The notes beneath the pieces were generated by a model. That model searched no databases, was not told the DNA's origin, and saw nothing but the letters and a program-made list of their open reading frames with translations. Of a stretch of DNA of 64,000 nucleotides, positions 15,357 through 30,287 are shown piece by piece (position 1 is the stretch's first letter; each line of letters begins with the position of its first letter). The stretch is taken from assembly GCF_009914755.1 (NCBI RefSeq), contig NC_060937.1; one strand, 5' to 3'. This DNA is from the human T2T-CHM13v2.0 reference genome, Homo sapiens. A program made the translations under genes and the position numbers.

Positions 15357-16050
15357 CAGATCTTAGCTTTCAGGAGGAAATTTATACTCCTTAGCTTAAC
15401 ACACAAGGCCTTTCATGGTCTAGGGACTGCCTTTCTCTAGTCTCACCTCTCCAAAATGCATCCACACTGATACTCACCCTTCACTGGGGTCATACAGAAC
15501 CATATGATCATGTCATGCTCTTCCTTGCAAACCTGTTTCTTCTCCTGTGTTTCCTTTTTAGTGCACCTCCTATTTTTTTTTACCTCCTATGTTTTTTTTT
15601 TTTCAAATCTGTCTAATACCTTTCTGTGCCACCACTCCGATGGAAGCCACCACCACATCTTAATCGAATTCAACTAAAATAGCGTTCTGACTAGTTTTCC
15701 TGCCCCTAATCTTGCCTCCATCCAATGTGTTCTCCATTCAACAGCGACAGTGATCTCTTAAAAGTACAAATTTAATCTTGTTCTTCTTAAAGCTTTTCAC
15801 TGGGTGCTCTTTGTTGTTAGAATAAAATCTCCAAAGCTCTGCAGCCTCATTGCTCTAAGAGCTCAGCGGCAGCATATCTATAACAGACTTGGTGGTGGGG
15901 TGCAGTGGTCAGAAAAGAAGTAATCCCTCCAGGGCTGTACTTCCCTTGGCGCATTCTTCTTCCATCTCCTTATCTGGTTAAGTCCTACTAATTATTCCAT
16001 CACCATTTTATCAAAACTTTCCTTGGTCCATCTAGATCCCACTCCTCCTC
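15357..16050 (+). mobile_element. L2 fragments
   Basis: cacaaggcctttcatggtct; ggaagccaccacc...acagcgacagtgatctcttaaaa. Confidence 0.6.
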
Positions 16051-16069
16051 CAACTACTGATTTCTGTTT

Positions 16070-16250
16070 TTTATGGTTAAGAGTCAGTCTGTCTGGGTTT
16101 GAATTTGGCTCTATTCTTTACCAGCTGTGTAACTGCAGGCAAGCAACTTGGCCTCTCTGTGCCTGTTTCCTTATTAGTTGTGAGGAATTATAAATATAAT
16201 GCTTAGAACATCACTTGGCAACAGAGTAGGGTTCAGAAAGTGTGGTAGCC
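16070..16250 (+). mobile_element. MIR
   Basis: ctgggtttgaatttggctct...gcaagcaacttggcctctctgtgcctgtttcc. Confidence 0.75.
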
Positions 16251-17375
16251 TGGCTATAATCTGTTCTGTGCCTTTGTAACCCCAAACATAAATGTAATTA
16301 ATGGATTATATTGGCACCACTAGGTCTGTAGTGTCTAATACAAATATTTGTTGAATGACTGTTGCTTCCCTTGTTTGGAATGCATTTGTACTCTTTCTGC
16401 TTACCTTTCTCCCTATAGTCAATCAATACATACATCTTGTTCCAACCTCAGCTCGGGCCCTGTTCCACCAAAAGCCTCCCCAGATCGTGGCATCCCCTCT
16501 GAAGCAGAGATTCCTCCTCTGGCTCCTAAAGCTCCTATTGTTCCCATTTTATTTGAACTGCCTCTCTCTCTCATTAGACTGTGATCTCTGTGAGCACTGT
16601 AAGTTCAGAAAAAAGCGCCCAGTGGTGTTGAATCATTGGATTGGTGTCTCCAGGGTCACCGTGCTATTATGAGGATCAAATGGTAAGTTCTCAGTAATTT
16701 TCCTACCTCAAGAGTCAACCTGAAGTTTCGCAACAAAAGTGAAAGAGTCAAGATTCTCTGATATAATTCTGGCAGTAAATAAAGACTTAGAACTCAGTGA
16801 TATAAGGGGTTCTTGGGCACAGGAAAATGGAAATGTGTTTGAAAACTTTTAGGTGAAAGGTTGACAGCTGATAAGGCTGGGGAAGTTTAAGAGGCACATA
16901 CTTGCATTGTGTGTGTAGGAATAAAATTGGAGTGAAAACAGGTAGTGTATGCTTCTCAAGGGCTTTATCCTTTTAAATATCTCAAGACATCTTGTATGTT
17001 ATTGGTACACAAAAAATGCCTAGTAAGTGCTTATTGGATGAGCACAAAGGAACAGCAGAGACTAGAGCAAGAAAGAACTTTACATGTGTCCAGTCCAACA
17101 CCTTCATAATGAATGAAAATGATTTTCTTAGAAGATTTCAAAATAAGAGATACAAATTTTTGTGTTTTAGGGATACTGTTAAAAATTTAACTAGAACTCT
17201 ATAGACCATGAGTAAAGATCATTTTCTAAGTACAGTCAGAACTTTAATGGCAGAGAAAAAGCATATTTCGGGGTTTTCTTTACAAATGGAAGATGGGATT
17301 TTTATGTTCAAAGGACGTGTTCCTTTGAATTTTTGTACTAATCTGGAATGGCCAGTAAGTTCTGAATCACAGTGA

Positions 17376-17820
<445 letters not shown>

Positions 17821-18357
17821 CATGGGGCAGTTTTGAGGTCATTTACTTCCATTTTGTTTTCACTTCACAGTAGAGACTAAGGTTCAAGTCATATGACTAG
17901 GAAAGACCACAGCAATTTAGAACCATTTGAATTCAGTGGGTACCTCTAGTATAGAATATATACATTTAGAAAAAACAACAAAGAAATCAACCAACCAATC
18001 ACATTTTGACCCTGATATACCAAAGGAAGATTTAAAAAATAACTAAATTACTTATTAGTAATATGAATTTGTGTTTTATTAACTGTCACTTAGAAAAAAG
18101 ACTAAAACTGTTTTTTCAAGAAATTTTAAAAAATTCAGTACCAAAAATATATCTCATATGGGAACCAACTATTTAGCACTGAAACCTTGGTCTTTATTTT
18201 TTTTTCCACCTGTTTCAAGGAGGAGCAAACAACTAGTTGATTGGGACTTTGGTTAACTCCAAATTTTCAGTGTGAGCAATAATGTTTATATCACAAATAC
18301 CAGTGCAAAATTGCGCTGTTTATCCATTTGCATGATGAACATGTGATCAAAAGGCGG

Positions 18358-18692
<335 letters not shown>

Positions 18693-19507
18693 TTAAGGTG
18701 TTGCAATGTCGTTTTGGCACTAGCAAGCAACCTCGGCAAAGTTGTAGAGAACTTTCTTCACAAGTGAGATCAATCTAACCACAAAAGATTATATTCCCCT
18801 GAGATTTAAAAACACATTTCATGAAAAGAAACTGAGTAATTGAAATTGGAGAGTGCCAGCTCTCCCAGCAGGGCAAGTGTGAGGCCATATTGATGCTTAA
18901 TTTTCTTTTGAATACTTTAAATGAGAATTTGGATTTACCTGAGATTTAAACCTGATTGACAAAGCTCTTGAGGAGTTCTCGCAGGCTTCAGAAACAAGAG
19001 TTAATTGGGCAAGATAATGCAGTCAATTTTGTTAATTCTTCAAGTATTACAGTTTCTTTTCTTTTTCTGTCATTTTGGGGGGTAATTATAAAAGCAATAA
19101 AAATCAGATTTACAGACTAGAGTCTTTCTAAGTGATTTAAATACTATTAAGAGATGACTGGGCACAGCAAAATAAAACCAGGAAGAATTAGAGCCTCAAT
19201 AGGCGATTGAAAATGTGTAAATTTGCTTAGCGATTTCTCATAAAAAAGTTCACAAGTTAAGTTTTACAAAGTTTTTAGTATGTATGTATTACTCCTGATC
19301 ATGACATGGAATCGTGTGACAAATCAATTGACACTGTGGAATTTTGTCCACATGATAAAATGGAAAGCTGATATATCATTTTTGTTGATAAAGAAAGCCT
19401 TATTTGTATGTATTAATAGGCGATATTAGAAGAGGAAGGAAAGAATTCAATTTGAAAAGAAAAACTATATTACTTATTTGGTAGTAGCTGTCAAAACTCA
19501 AAACCTT

Positions 19508-19813
<306 letters not shown>

Positions 19814-19859
19814 GATTCAAAACCTGTGTCCCTATTGACCCTACAGAATGGAACAAATG

Positions 19860-20010
19860 CACAAAGTTGTAAGAACAAAGCTGTCTGTTTCTATGTGGCT
19901 TATAGTAGCAAAAATTACAAACACCCCAATTGTCCATAAGCTGGGAATTAATAAAATACATGATTTGTGTCCATACAATTAAATAGTTAGGTACATCTAT
20001 AGCATAGATA
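19860..20010 (+). mobile_element. L1ME fragment
   Basis: atagtagcaaaaattacaaacaccccaattgtcca. Confidence 0.5.
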
Positions 20011-20034
20011 TAAAAATGCATACCATATGTTTTT

Positions 20035-21060
<1,026 letters not shown>

Positions 21061-21089
21061 CAGGGCATGACATTATTTAGACCTAAAGC

Positions 21090-21290
21090 TTCAAATCTTT
21101 TGATTTGGAACCAGATCTGGGTTCTTACATAGACTCTCTGAAGTCTCATTTTTCTCCTCCGAATATGGGAATGAATAGTGTCTGCTGTATTTTTCAGGGG
21201 GCTATTGTTCAGATTAAATAAGACAAACCCACTGAAGGCATTTGGAAACTATGAAAATGCTATGTAAATATGAGGTATTACCATTATGAA
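21090..21290 (+). mobile_element. MIR
   Basis: ctctctgaagtctcatttttctcctc...gggctattgttcagattaaataaga. Confidence 0.6.
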
Positions 21291-21709
21291 TTCAGAGATT
21301 CCACATAGAAAGCATGACCAGAATTGGGGTTAGGGCTACTTCCATCCCCAGTGTCATAGCATTGACTACTTCAGTGAAATCTCTTGGCTCTCAGTTTCAC
21401 TAATGTAAAGTAGACAAAATGCATCTTCTCGTCTTAGTCAATGCAAAACAGTGAAGTGAAATTGGGAGAGGACGAACTAATTAGTAATTACAAAATAATT
21501 AACAAATAAGCTGCTGAATAAGTGATAAAGAGAACAAAATATTTTCCAATGTATCTCTGGCATACTAGAGTGATTTCATTAAGCCAAGATTTTCCTAAGA
21601 TCTCAGCTCTTCCTGCTTTTCATTTAATGTCTTTGGGGGCTACTTTCTCTGTCAGGTACTAGGGGAAAGATCAGGAAGTTCCAGAAGCCCAGGTTGTTAG
21701 TAATCGCTG

Positions 21710-22022
21710 TTTCTTTCTTTCCTTTTTCTTTTCTTTTTTTTCTTTTTTTGAGATAGGGTCTTGCTCTGTTGCGTAGGCTGGACTGCAGTGGCACAATCAC
21801 AGCTCACTGCAGCCTCGAACTCCTGGGCTCAAGCAGTTCTCCTGCTTCAGCCTCCTGAGTAGCTAGGACCACAGGTGTATGCCACTATGCCTGGTTAATT
21901 TTTTATCTTTTGTAGAGATGAGGTCTTACTCTGCTGCCCAGGCTAGTATTGACTCAAGCAGTCCTCCTCCCTTGGCGTCCTACAGTGCTGGGATTACAGA
22001 CATGAGCCACTGCGCCCGGCCC
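21710..22022 (-). mobile_element. AluJ
   Basis: Full reverse-complement Alu, J-type. Confidence 0.92.
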
Positions 22023-23416
22023 AGTAACCTGCAAGTTTCTTAATTGAGAAACGGGAAATGGCTAGAACCTACAAGGAATGTAACTCATTCCCTTCATACT
22101 TGAGGAACCACAGCTTCAGGGAAGGAATGAGAGCACTGGTCTTCGGCATAATTGTGATCACAAACATATGACATGAAATGTGAGCATTGGCAAAGACATC
22201 CCGTCAATTCACTTAATTTATTTTTTGATTGCCTTCAAGAAGTAGATATTGAAGGACATTCAGATCATGTTTTACAACCAGTATAGGAAAAGATTGGAAG
22301 TATTTTAAAACACTCCCCTTTCCTTTTTTTTTTTTTTTTTTTTTTTGGACTTGGGGCATAAGGAAGAAGGTACTTTTTATTTGAACGGCCAGGTGGTGAG
22401 AAGGGGAAGGAAGAGCTGTTTGATCAATAATGATTTATTAATCCAGAGGCCACATACTATAGTCATTTCTTCGGTAAAAGTCTAATTGACGTCAATGACT
22501 TTGAACATTCTTACTGATTGCCTTTGCGTTCAGTCTTATCTCAGTTTCATCATACCACTAACCACCTCCTTTTACCTTCAAACAATGGCCTCACCAAGCC
22601 ACTTCTGAGCATGCCCCAGGCTTACTTTCCTAGGGAAAAATTGAGGATTACCTCACTTTCCTGAAAACGTGTCCAACAGAAACAGAGCACTTCTTTCTAT
22701 GAAAAGCAGACAGCAATATTAACATTTGCCAATTTAGTTGGTGATTTGCTCAATTCAAGGACCACAGAATGTTTGTAGTAGGGCTAAATGTGTAGCCGGG
22801 TAGTTTTTGGGAGGCTGTTTTTGTCTTGTATATATTTTTAGCAAGTGAGAAATAGTGATCTCTCATATAAAACAGATGTGTGGTTTGCACAAAATTAAAA
22901 TGATTTGTCCTTTGCTAGGCAAAATAGAAGTAGTGAGTGATGCAATATTTCAACTAAAAGATATATTATAGAACATTAACATATCAAGTTAGAAGAATGT
23001 TCTTTGCAAGCAAAAACATTGATTCATTAAAAAAACTTTTCAAAATAGAATTGTTCATAACTTATTATTGCTGTTCCCATAAAAATATTTTCTGTTTAAA
23101 TTCATAACAAACATTCTTAGGAGGCGAAATGTCTTTTCTATGTCCCATTTAACAATGTAATTACTTTGTTTTCAAAACCTCATTTTATTCTAGCTGGAAG
23201 ATATACGATCTTGTTATACAAAACAACCACTTCATCTCTACAGAATCTTATTATTGGAATATATGATTGTAAGTTTCTATAGAGGGTGGGAAGTATAACC
23301 TTTGTCTAGTTTAGATTACATGCCATGCAGCTGAAGCCTTGTCTTCAGAAAGATTATATAGGAATTACTTCAATAAAGTTATAAACACAGCTTGTATGTT
23401 AGGACATTACAGCTTT

Positions 23417-23808
23417 ATTTATTTATTTTTTTAAAATACAAATTCCAAAGTCCCATCCCTAGAAATTCTGATTTTAAGTAAGTCAGGAATGGGACCAAGG
23501 AATCTGTATTTTTGTTTTTTTCTTTTGAGAAAGGGTCTCACTCTGTCACCCTGGCTGGAGTGCAGTGACATGATCTCGGTTCACTGCAACCTCCGCTTTC
23601 CAGGTTCAAGAGATTCTCCTGCCTCAGCCTCCTGAGTAGCTGGGACTACAGACACGCACCACCATGCCTGGCTAGTTTTTGTATTTTTAGTAGAGAAGGG
23701 GTTTCGCCATGTTGGCCAGGCTGGTCTTGAACTCCTGACCTCAAGTGACCTGCCCACCTCGGCCTCCCAAAGTGCTGGGATTACAGCTGTGAGTCACTGT
23801 GCCTGGCC
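23417..23808 (-). mobile_element. AluS (23508-23808) plus a 3'-appended MER5A-derived segment and second A-tail within one TSD
   Basis: TSD ttacagcttt at 23407-23416 and 23811-23820. Confidence 0.85.
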
Positions 23809-24079
23809 ATTTACAGCTTTTGATAGAAATGTGTTCATTTGTATTATTCTGTGATGAGACTACTAAATACTATTCTTCATAAGTGACCCATCCTAATTAT
23901 ATATGTTTAATAAAAAAATGGGAAAAGATAGAATGTGGGATAAAATTGTGAGTGTGTGATTTGACAAGGTGAAGTGTAACCAGGTGTAGATGCTGCAGCT
24001 TGAATATGTGACCTTTACAAGGTCTGTGTGGTTCTGTGATGTTCCCCAAGACTCTGCAGTTATCATCACACATGAACAC

Positions 24080-24452
24080 CACTGACCTAAGATCCTCCTG
24101 GCTCTATGTCTTTGAGATGCCCTTCTCTCCGACTAAAACCCTTCCCCCACCCACTTTCCTCTGCCTTCCTCTGAGAAAATCCTAGTAATAGTTCAGTCAG
24201 ATCTTGCATTAGGCCATCCCTTCCCCTTGAGGGGTCCCCTGAGCACCCCCTCTGATCCCTGCTGGCTAGGCTGGGCTCCCTACTTCAGCTGCCAGTACAT
24301 CTGGAGCTGCTTCATTTCTACCATCTCACATGAAATTTATTACTGTTTATATTCGCCAAACAAGGACAAAGATTTGTCTGTCACACCACATTCTATACCC
24401 AGCTCCTAACACAGAACTGGGGAACAGTAGACAATAGAATGCATTGAATGCA
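24080..24452 (+). mobile_element. L2 3' region
   Basis: L2-type terminus ccagctcctaacacagaactggggaacagtagac...tgaatg. Confidence 0.55.
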
Positions 24453-24714
24453 CAGATCTTTATTTTGTACAGAATTCATCATGATCACATTATAACCAGG
24501 CCATCAGATGTTAACTCAGCACTTACTTGTTTCATTAGAAGATGAATAGTTTAAAGAAGAAAAAAAAATACCCTCTTAGTTTCCTGATTATATCTTCTTA
24601 AACTTTTGGTTGATAGATATATTTAATAAAGATTCTAGTTGTAAGTGGCAACTTTATTTATTTGATAAAGACTCTAAGTTCCCACCTAGCTGAGAAGTTC
24701 AAAGTGTGAACTTG

Positions 24715-25008
24715 GGCCAGGTGCAGTGGCCTGTAATCCCAGCACTTTGGGAAGCCGAGGCAGGCAGATCACTTGAGGTCAGGAGTTTGAGACCAGCCTG
24801 GCCAACATGGTGAAACCCCATCTCTACTAAAAATAGAGGCCGGGCATCGTGGCGCATGCCTATAGTCCTGGCTACTCGGGACGCTGAGGCAGGAGAATCA
24901 CTTGAACCCGGAAGGCAGAGGTTTCAGTGAGCCGAGATTGCATCACTGCACTCCAGCCTGGGCAACAGAGCAAGACTCTGTCTCAAAAAAAAAAAAAGAA
25001 AAAAAAAG
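24715..25008 (+). mobile_element. AluS with small internal deletions
   Basis: TSD aaag(t/c)gtgaacttg. Confidence 0.95.
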
Positions 25009-25029
25009 CGTGAACTTGGCTTTGGGAAA

Positions 25030-25420
25030 GAATGGATTCAGGAGTTCATATCAGACAATTATAAATCCATCTCTCTTGTTCTTCTTTTGCCACTGTTATC
25101 TTCTGCATTGAGTTCATTCTCAGGCAGAGAATGAAGAGCAGGCGGGTTGCATTGTTTGTAAAGAGGACTCCCAGGGAAAAAAAAGAGAGCCTTTCCCCTA
25201 TGAATCCCGTGCAGCTTCTGGAGTTCCTCACCAGCCCTGTTTGGGCCACATACCCATGCTAGGGTCCATTCTTGTAGCCATAGTAGTGAAAAACTTTGGC
25301 CAATCTAAGGAGTATGTTCACCTGGTGGAGGTAAGGAAGGATTCCCACAACAAAGAAGAATTTGTTAGCAGAAAGATGAAGAAGGAGAATATGTGCAGGC
25401 AGACAAAAGCCTTTGCTACC
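25030..25420 (-). mobile_element. ERVL LTR (LTR16/LTR33-like) fossil
   Basis: Minus strand: gcatgggtatgtggcccaa...ggaaaggctctcttt...ctgcctgagaatgaactcaatgcaga. Confidence 0.55.
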
Positions 25421-25959
25421 ATGATTCTGTGCCAAAGAAATACTGGGCACCCGGGACAATCAATCATCAGCGTTGGTTCTGACCAAGCACCTTGATTTCA
25501 CTTGCTCGGTATTTTTAGTAATGCATGGAAGCTAGTGAGAGAACACTTTAACCATTGCTTCTTTCATGTATTGACTCATTCTAACACAGAATGTTTGCAC
25601 CAAGGTCTAAGAATACAAGAATGAACAGGACACACAATAGCCCCTGCCCTGATGGAACTTACATTCCATTGTGTGTGAGGTGGGGTGAGGGAGGTAGACA
25701 AAACCCAAACAAAGAAACCAATAGATCATTAGAAATTGTAATAAATGTTGTGAGGGAAGCCAGCTTGGGGGTAACTATCATTTCTATCAAGTCTTTGCTC
25801 AGTGTCCTCTTTTTAAGGAAGCTTACCCTATTTTTCCTGTTTCAAATTACAGCTCACTCCATTCTGCCTCTCCCATTTCCCCTTCTCCCTTATGTTCATA
25901 GCTCCTTTGACCTTCTAACGTACCCATAGTCTATTTATAATTTACACATTAAGTTTGCA

Positions 25960-26270
25960 TTTTTTTGTTTTGTTTTGTTTTGAGACAGGCTCTTGCTCTG
26001 TCACCCAGGCTGGAGTGCCGTGGTGCTATCACAGCTCACTGCAACCTTAAACTCCTGGGGTCAAGCGATCCTCCTGCCTCAGCATCCTGAATAGCTGGGG
26101 CTGCAGGTATGCACAACCACGCCTGCTAATTAATTTTTTTTTTGGTAGAGATGGGGGGGGGGGTCTTGCTATGTTGCCCAGGCTGGTCTTGAACTCCTGG
26201 ACTCAAGCAATCCTCCCGTCTCAGTCTCTCAAAGTGCTTGGATTATAGGTGTGAACTACTTCACCTGGCC
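25960..26270 (-). mobile_element. AluJ with TSD
   Basis: TSD ttaagtttgca. Confidence 0.93.
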
Positions 26271-26770
26271 TTAAGTTTGCAGTTTTTAAAGTGCACTCCC
26301 TCTGCCATCCCCTCTATTAGAATGTAAACCCTGTTAAGGGCAGAAATTTTTTTCACCTGGTACAGGCAAGGAAGGATTCCCAGAATAGAGACTGTTATTT
26401 TCACCTATGTATCTTCCAGTGCTTCATACATAGTAGGTGCTTAATAAATAGGTATAGAATGAATGAATAAATGAAACAGAGAACAGAGGGGATAAGGGGG
26501 TACTTTGGACATGGAGGACAGAGGTGACCTCCTTGAGGACATGAGATTGTGGGACATCAATAGTGAGGATGCATCCTTGAGAAAACGTGGAAGACAAATG
26601 CATGGAGTGCTTCCTTCTGCTTCCAGTTTGTAGAAGCGTCACTTCCTTGGGGACACTTTCCTTGCCCCCTCCCCAGGTCATGGCTGCAGTTACACACGCT
26701 CATAGCATCCTGCAGTTTTCCTCCTTAGTGTGGTGTAGGTACTTGGATAATTATTTTTAATGTCTGTCTC

Positions 26771-27074
<304 letters not shown>

Positions 27075-28054
27075 CTAATACTATAATCCCCACAAAGATA
27101 ACAGGGAAGGTACTTGGAGAATTCAAGAAATGAAACAAGCGATGGGCTACTGCTACAGTGTGGTGAGCAGTGGGGGAGCAGTATCGGTAAAGCTGGAGAG
27201 ATATGCAGGGGCCAGATCATCCGAGGGTCTGTGTCTTGTGATAAGGAGTTTGAATGTTTATTCTAGCATGATGGAAAGCCACTGATTGAATGGTTCTGAA
27301 AGCGAGGAAGCACATGATCTGGGTTGCATTTGCACCTAGTGTTTCTTGAATCAGTCTAGAGTCATTTTCCCAGCCCAAGCCACCTAGCTTCACCTCTCAC
27401 TGGAATTACTTGTAATGAGTTTTCCCTCATTCACCTGTGTCCGTCTGCAATCCTTTTCCCCACACAGCAGCACTAGAGGTCAAGTCTGGAGTCACTCTGC
27501 TGGAATCTGGACGGGCTTCCCATTATCTTTAGGGTAAAGACTTAAGTCATCATGAGTCCTGCAAGGGAGGCCAGGGTTATCTGTCTCTCCTGCTCGTCTC
27601 TTCTGCAGGGCCCTGTCTCTCTGACTCACCCCTCCACAGAGCACTGGCCTTGCTGTAATTGCTAGAACACACCAGCCTGCTTCCTTCTTAGAGCCTCCCA
27701 CAGGCTCCTCCCCTGCGCCCTCCACACCTGCTAAGTGCCTCCTTCTGCTTCCCATTTGTAGAAGCATCACTTCCTCAGGGACACCTTCCTTGCCCCCTCC
27801 CCAGGCCATGACTGAGGCTACACATGCGCATAGCACCTTGCACTTTTCCTACTTAATGTTGTATAAGTACATGGATAATTATTTTTAAATGTCTCTTTCT
27901 CCCAACACTATAATCCCCATGGGAGCCAGGACTGTGATTATCTGATTCACCATCTAGCACTGAACTGATTCTCGGTGCTTAATACATATTGATTGACTGA
28001 TGGAATAAATTAAATAGGATTGTTTAAGCAACACCCAATAGATTTGCCTTTTAA

Positions 28055-28352
28055 GCTGGGTGCAGTGGCTCAATTCCAGCACTTTGGGATGCTGAGGCAG
28101 GAAGATCGCTTGAGCTCAGGGGTTTGAGACCAGCCTGGGCAACACAGGGTGTCCCAGATCTTTACTACTTAAAAAAAAAAAAAAAAAAATCCAGGTGTGG
28201 TGGTGCATGCCCATAGTTCCAGCTACTATGGAAGCGGAGGTGCTGGAATCCTTGAGCCAGGGAGGTTGAGGCCACAGTGAACCGTGATTTCACCACTGGT
28301 CCAGCATGAGTGACAGAGTGAGACCCTGTTTCAAAAAAAATAATTACAAAAA
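28055..28352 (+). mobile_element. AluJ with TSD
   Basis: TSD agatttgcctttta. Confidence 0.92.
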
Positions 28353-28424
28353 AGATTTGCCTTTTATTTTGTTCACTCTAGACCTTTTATAGTCATACTC
28401 ATTCAACTCATTCAATCAATCATT

Positions 28425-28732
28425 CTTTTCTTCTCTTTTTTTTTTTTGAGACAGAGTCTCACTCTGTCACTCAGGCTGCTAGAGTGCAGTGGCACAATCT
28501 CGGCTCATTGCAACCTCTGCCTCCCAGGTTCAAGCAATTTTCCTGTCTCAGCCTCCTGAGTAGCTGGGATTACAGGTGTGCACCATCACACCTGGCTAAT
28601 TTTTGTGTTTTTAGTAGAGATGGAGTTTCACTATGTTGGCCAGGTGGGTCTCGAACTCCTGACCTCAGGTGATCCACCCGCCTCAGTCTCCTAAAGTGCT
28701 GGGATTACAGGCATGAGCCACTGTGCCCGGCC
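28425..28732 (-). mobile_element. AluS
   Basis: Full reverse-complement Alu. Confidence 0.95.
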
Positions 28733-30287
28733 TAGCATCATTATTTTCTGATTTATCATGCTTTTTCTTCTTCAGCCTGGTCTAGCAGTCTTTCTTCATC
28801 CACTTTATGATAACACAATGTCTTATGTGAGGACTTCTCGGGGCCACCTAAGTCTCCAAGAGGTGGCAGTGCTACCCTCACCTCTTCCTCCCTGCCTAGG
28901 GAGCAGCAGTCCTCCTGTTACCAGCAGTCAGGTCAAGCCCTTCACCAGGTCTACTGCTGCGGGACTCCTATTCCAGAATAGATGGCTGGCTTTTCAATGG
29001 TAAGGGAAGTGGCTCCCTCTGGAATTCTAGGTGTTTCATAGATATCTCTTCACCCTCAAAGTCCAGGAAGAAACTTGACAGTAGGAAGGTAGTAAGTGAC
29101 AACGGTGTCACTCATTGGGATGGCTCAAGCAGAGGTGTTGTCTGTTAGTGTGAGACCCTTTGTCACGAAGAAGCCAGGCCAGGAAAAGGTGAGTGTACTG
29201 TGATAAGATAAGGCTAGGGTCATTATTTCTCAAGGAGTAAAGTCAAAGTCATCATAATAGGAAGAATAAGTATTCCTCATGGAAACTAGATTGGAAGGGA
29301 CTTTAGCAGTCCCAGTGAACAGGTGTTCAAGCACCCACAAACCTCCTCCTTTTGCAGGGCGTGGACCTGCAAGCTCCCCTGAACAGAGTCAGTAGGAAGC
29401 CCAGTGGCACCCAGGCGAAGTGAGAGAATCAGCTACTCAAAATGGGACCAGGACCGTGGAGAGGTGGCATGTCCTTCAGAAGGGGCAGGGAGGGCTGACA
29501 GGGAGAGTTGCAGAGGGACACAGAGAGATAGAAAAAAAAGGGTTATCCTTGTGTGGTTTAAGGGTCAAGTTCATTACATGAGGCCCAGCCACCGGCTGTG
29601 AGACTTGGCTTCACAATGACTCCACCCAGCATGGGTGCCCATAATGCAGTTTCATGTGTTTCTCCCTTAACCGCAGAGCATGGTTGAAGATGAAACCTGT
29701 GGGGTTTTCAAAAAGGCCAGCTCTGGTTTTCAACAAAGAGACTTTTAATAAAGCCGTAAACTGGGTGAATCATAGTCCTCATTGGCTTCTCTTTTCTTCT
29801 CCTATGTAATTTTAATCCTCTTGTTTGTTTCTGAGCCGATTTCATCATTTTTATCTGCTTGTCTAAACTAACCCAAACTCCTTAAAAACTTCAAGTTAGT
29901 TTTTGTTAATATTTAATATTTTATTTCAGGTTTCTGCGTTGGATTCACACAGGTCGCAAAAAAATGCACCACTATCACCACCACACCTGGCTATTTGGGC
30001 CATTGGAAGCCTCTTTTTCTCAGGAAGGAAGGCCCGTGGCTCATATTCCATGGAGATCAGGGAGTGATTCTCCTGCCTTAGTAGCTTCTGCGTTGTAACA
30101 TTGGAAGTTTTGAATAGAAACTTCATCTGTGGGAGGGTGGTTATAGAAAGGAAGTTTTAAAATGATTAAATGTTTCAACAATAGTATTTTGACTATAAGA
30201 TCTGAAAAACTGAGTAAGTAACTAGAATTCACTGCTTAGGAGAGACGAAATAGAATTGAACTGTTACCAATAAAAGATTGGGTCGTC

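Noticed and set aside
14485-15357. 290-aa ORF rich in I/Y/L/F/S
   Set aside because: Translation of the AT-rich tandem repeat, which simply lacks stops in that frame.
22324-22385. Orphan poly-T with a minus-strand AATAAA ~29 nt away, a possible retrocopy end
   Set aside because: No TSD or identifiable body; could be a simple mononucleotide run.
25046-25495. Overlapping ORFs resembling a membrane-protein pseudogene
   Set aside because: No recognisable protein; the DNA better matches an LTR16/LTR33-like ERVL LTR.
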